A DNA stretch of 63,882 nt, filler included, from Dicyema japonicum (Eukaryota > Animalia > Dicyemida), in the NCBI GenBank assembly GCA_011109175.1. It is 6 parts of 6 records of this genome, joined end to end, with 100 filler letters (N's around TTAATTAATTAA, not from the genome) between each part and the next. Parts side by side here need not be neighbours in the genome. Positions count along the whole stretch, not along the records: positions 57,381 to 63,882 come from RDEW01000012.1; 5 more parts are not named here. One strand, given 5' to 3'. The position numbers were made by a program, and so were the translations under genes. Shown piece after piece: positions 63,828-63,882 of this stretch. The notes beneath the pieces were generated by a model, which was given only the letters and a program-made list of their open reading frames with translations, was not told the DNA's origin and ran no database searches. Each line of letters opens with the position of its first letter. Position 1 is the first letter of the stretch.

Positions 63828-63882
63828 ACTCGATGAAATTGAAAATTTGTTGGAACACCACAACAGGAACAAGAAACCACGT

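Overview
AT-rich eukaryotic (animal) genomic scaffold, not prokaryotic, so the ORF track fragments the real genes. I reconstructed them by hand. Genes are split by very short spliceosomal introns, mostly 21-34 nt. Recognisable genes: TOMM20, NUBP1, CEP83, an EFCAB6-like protein, SRRT/Ars2, PYCR, STARD7, MRPL11, a tandem DUF1330-like protein, an Ig-TM fragment, a GRK2/3 with degenerate catalytic motifs, a decayed WDR24 and one tRNA-Pro. Animal-type genes, a centriolar/ciliary gene and ~26-nt introns suggest a compact ciliated parasite such as a dicyemid (inference only). Intergenic space is full of TE debris: Tc1/IS630, hAT, pogo-like ends, APE-type LINEs, an R4-like element and about ten CRE-clade (RLE) fragments. 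Best leads: (1) a CRE-type retrotransposon with an N-terminal PHD finger; (2) micro-introns with GA-AG and GC-AG donors; (3) isolated in-frame stops in otherwise intact conserved genes; (4) a pseudokinase-like GRK2. The assembly has gaps, artificial N-TTAATTAATTAA-N joins and uncollapsed duplicates. Family assignments are from motif recall, not database searches, and TE boundaries are approximate.
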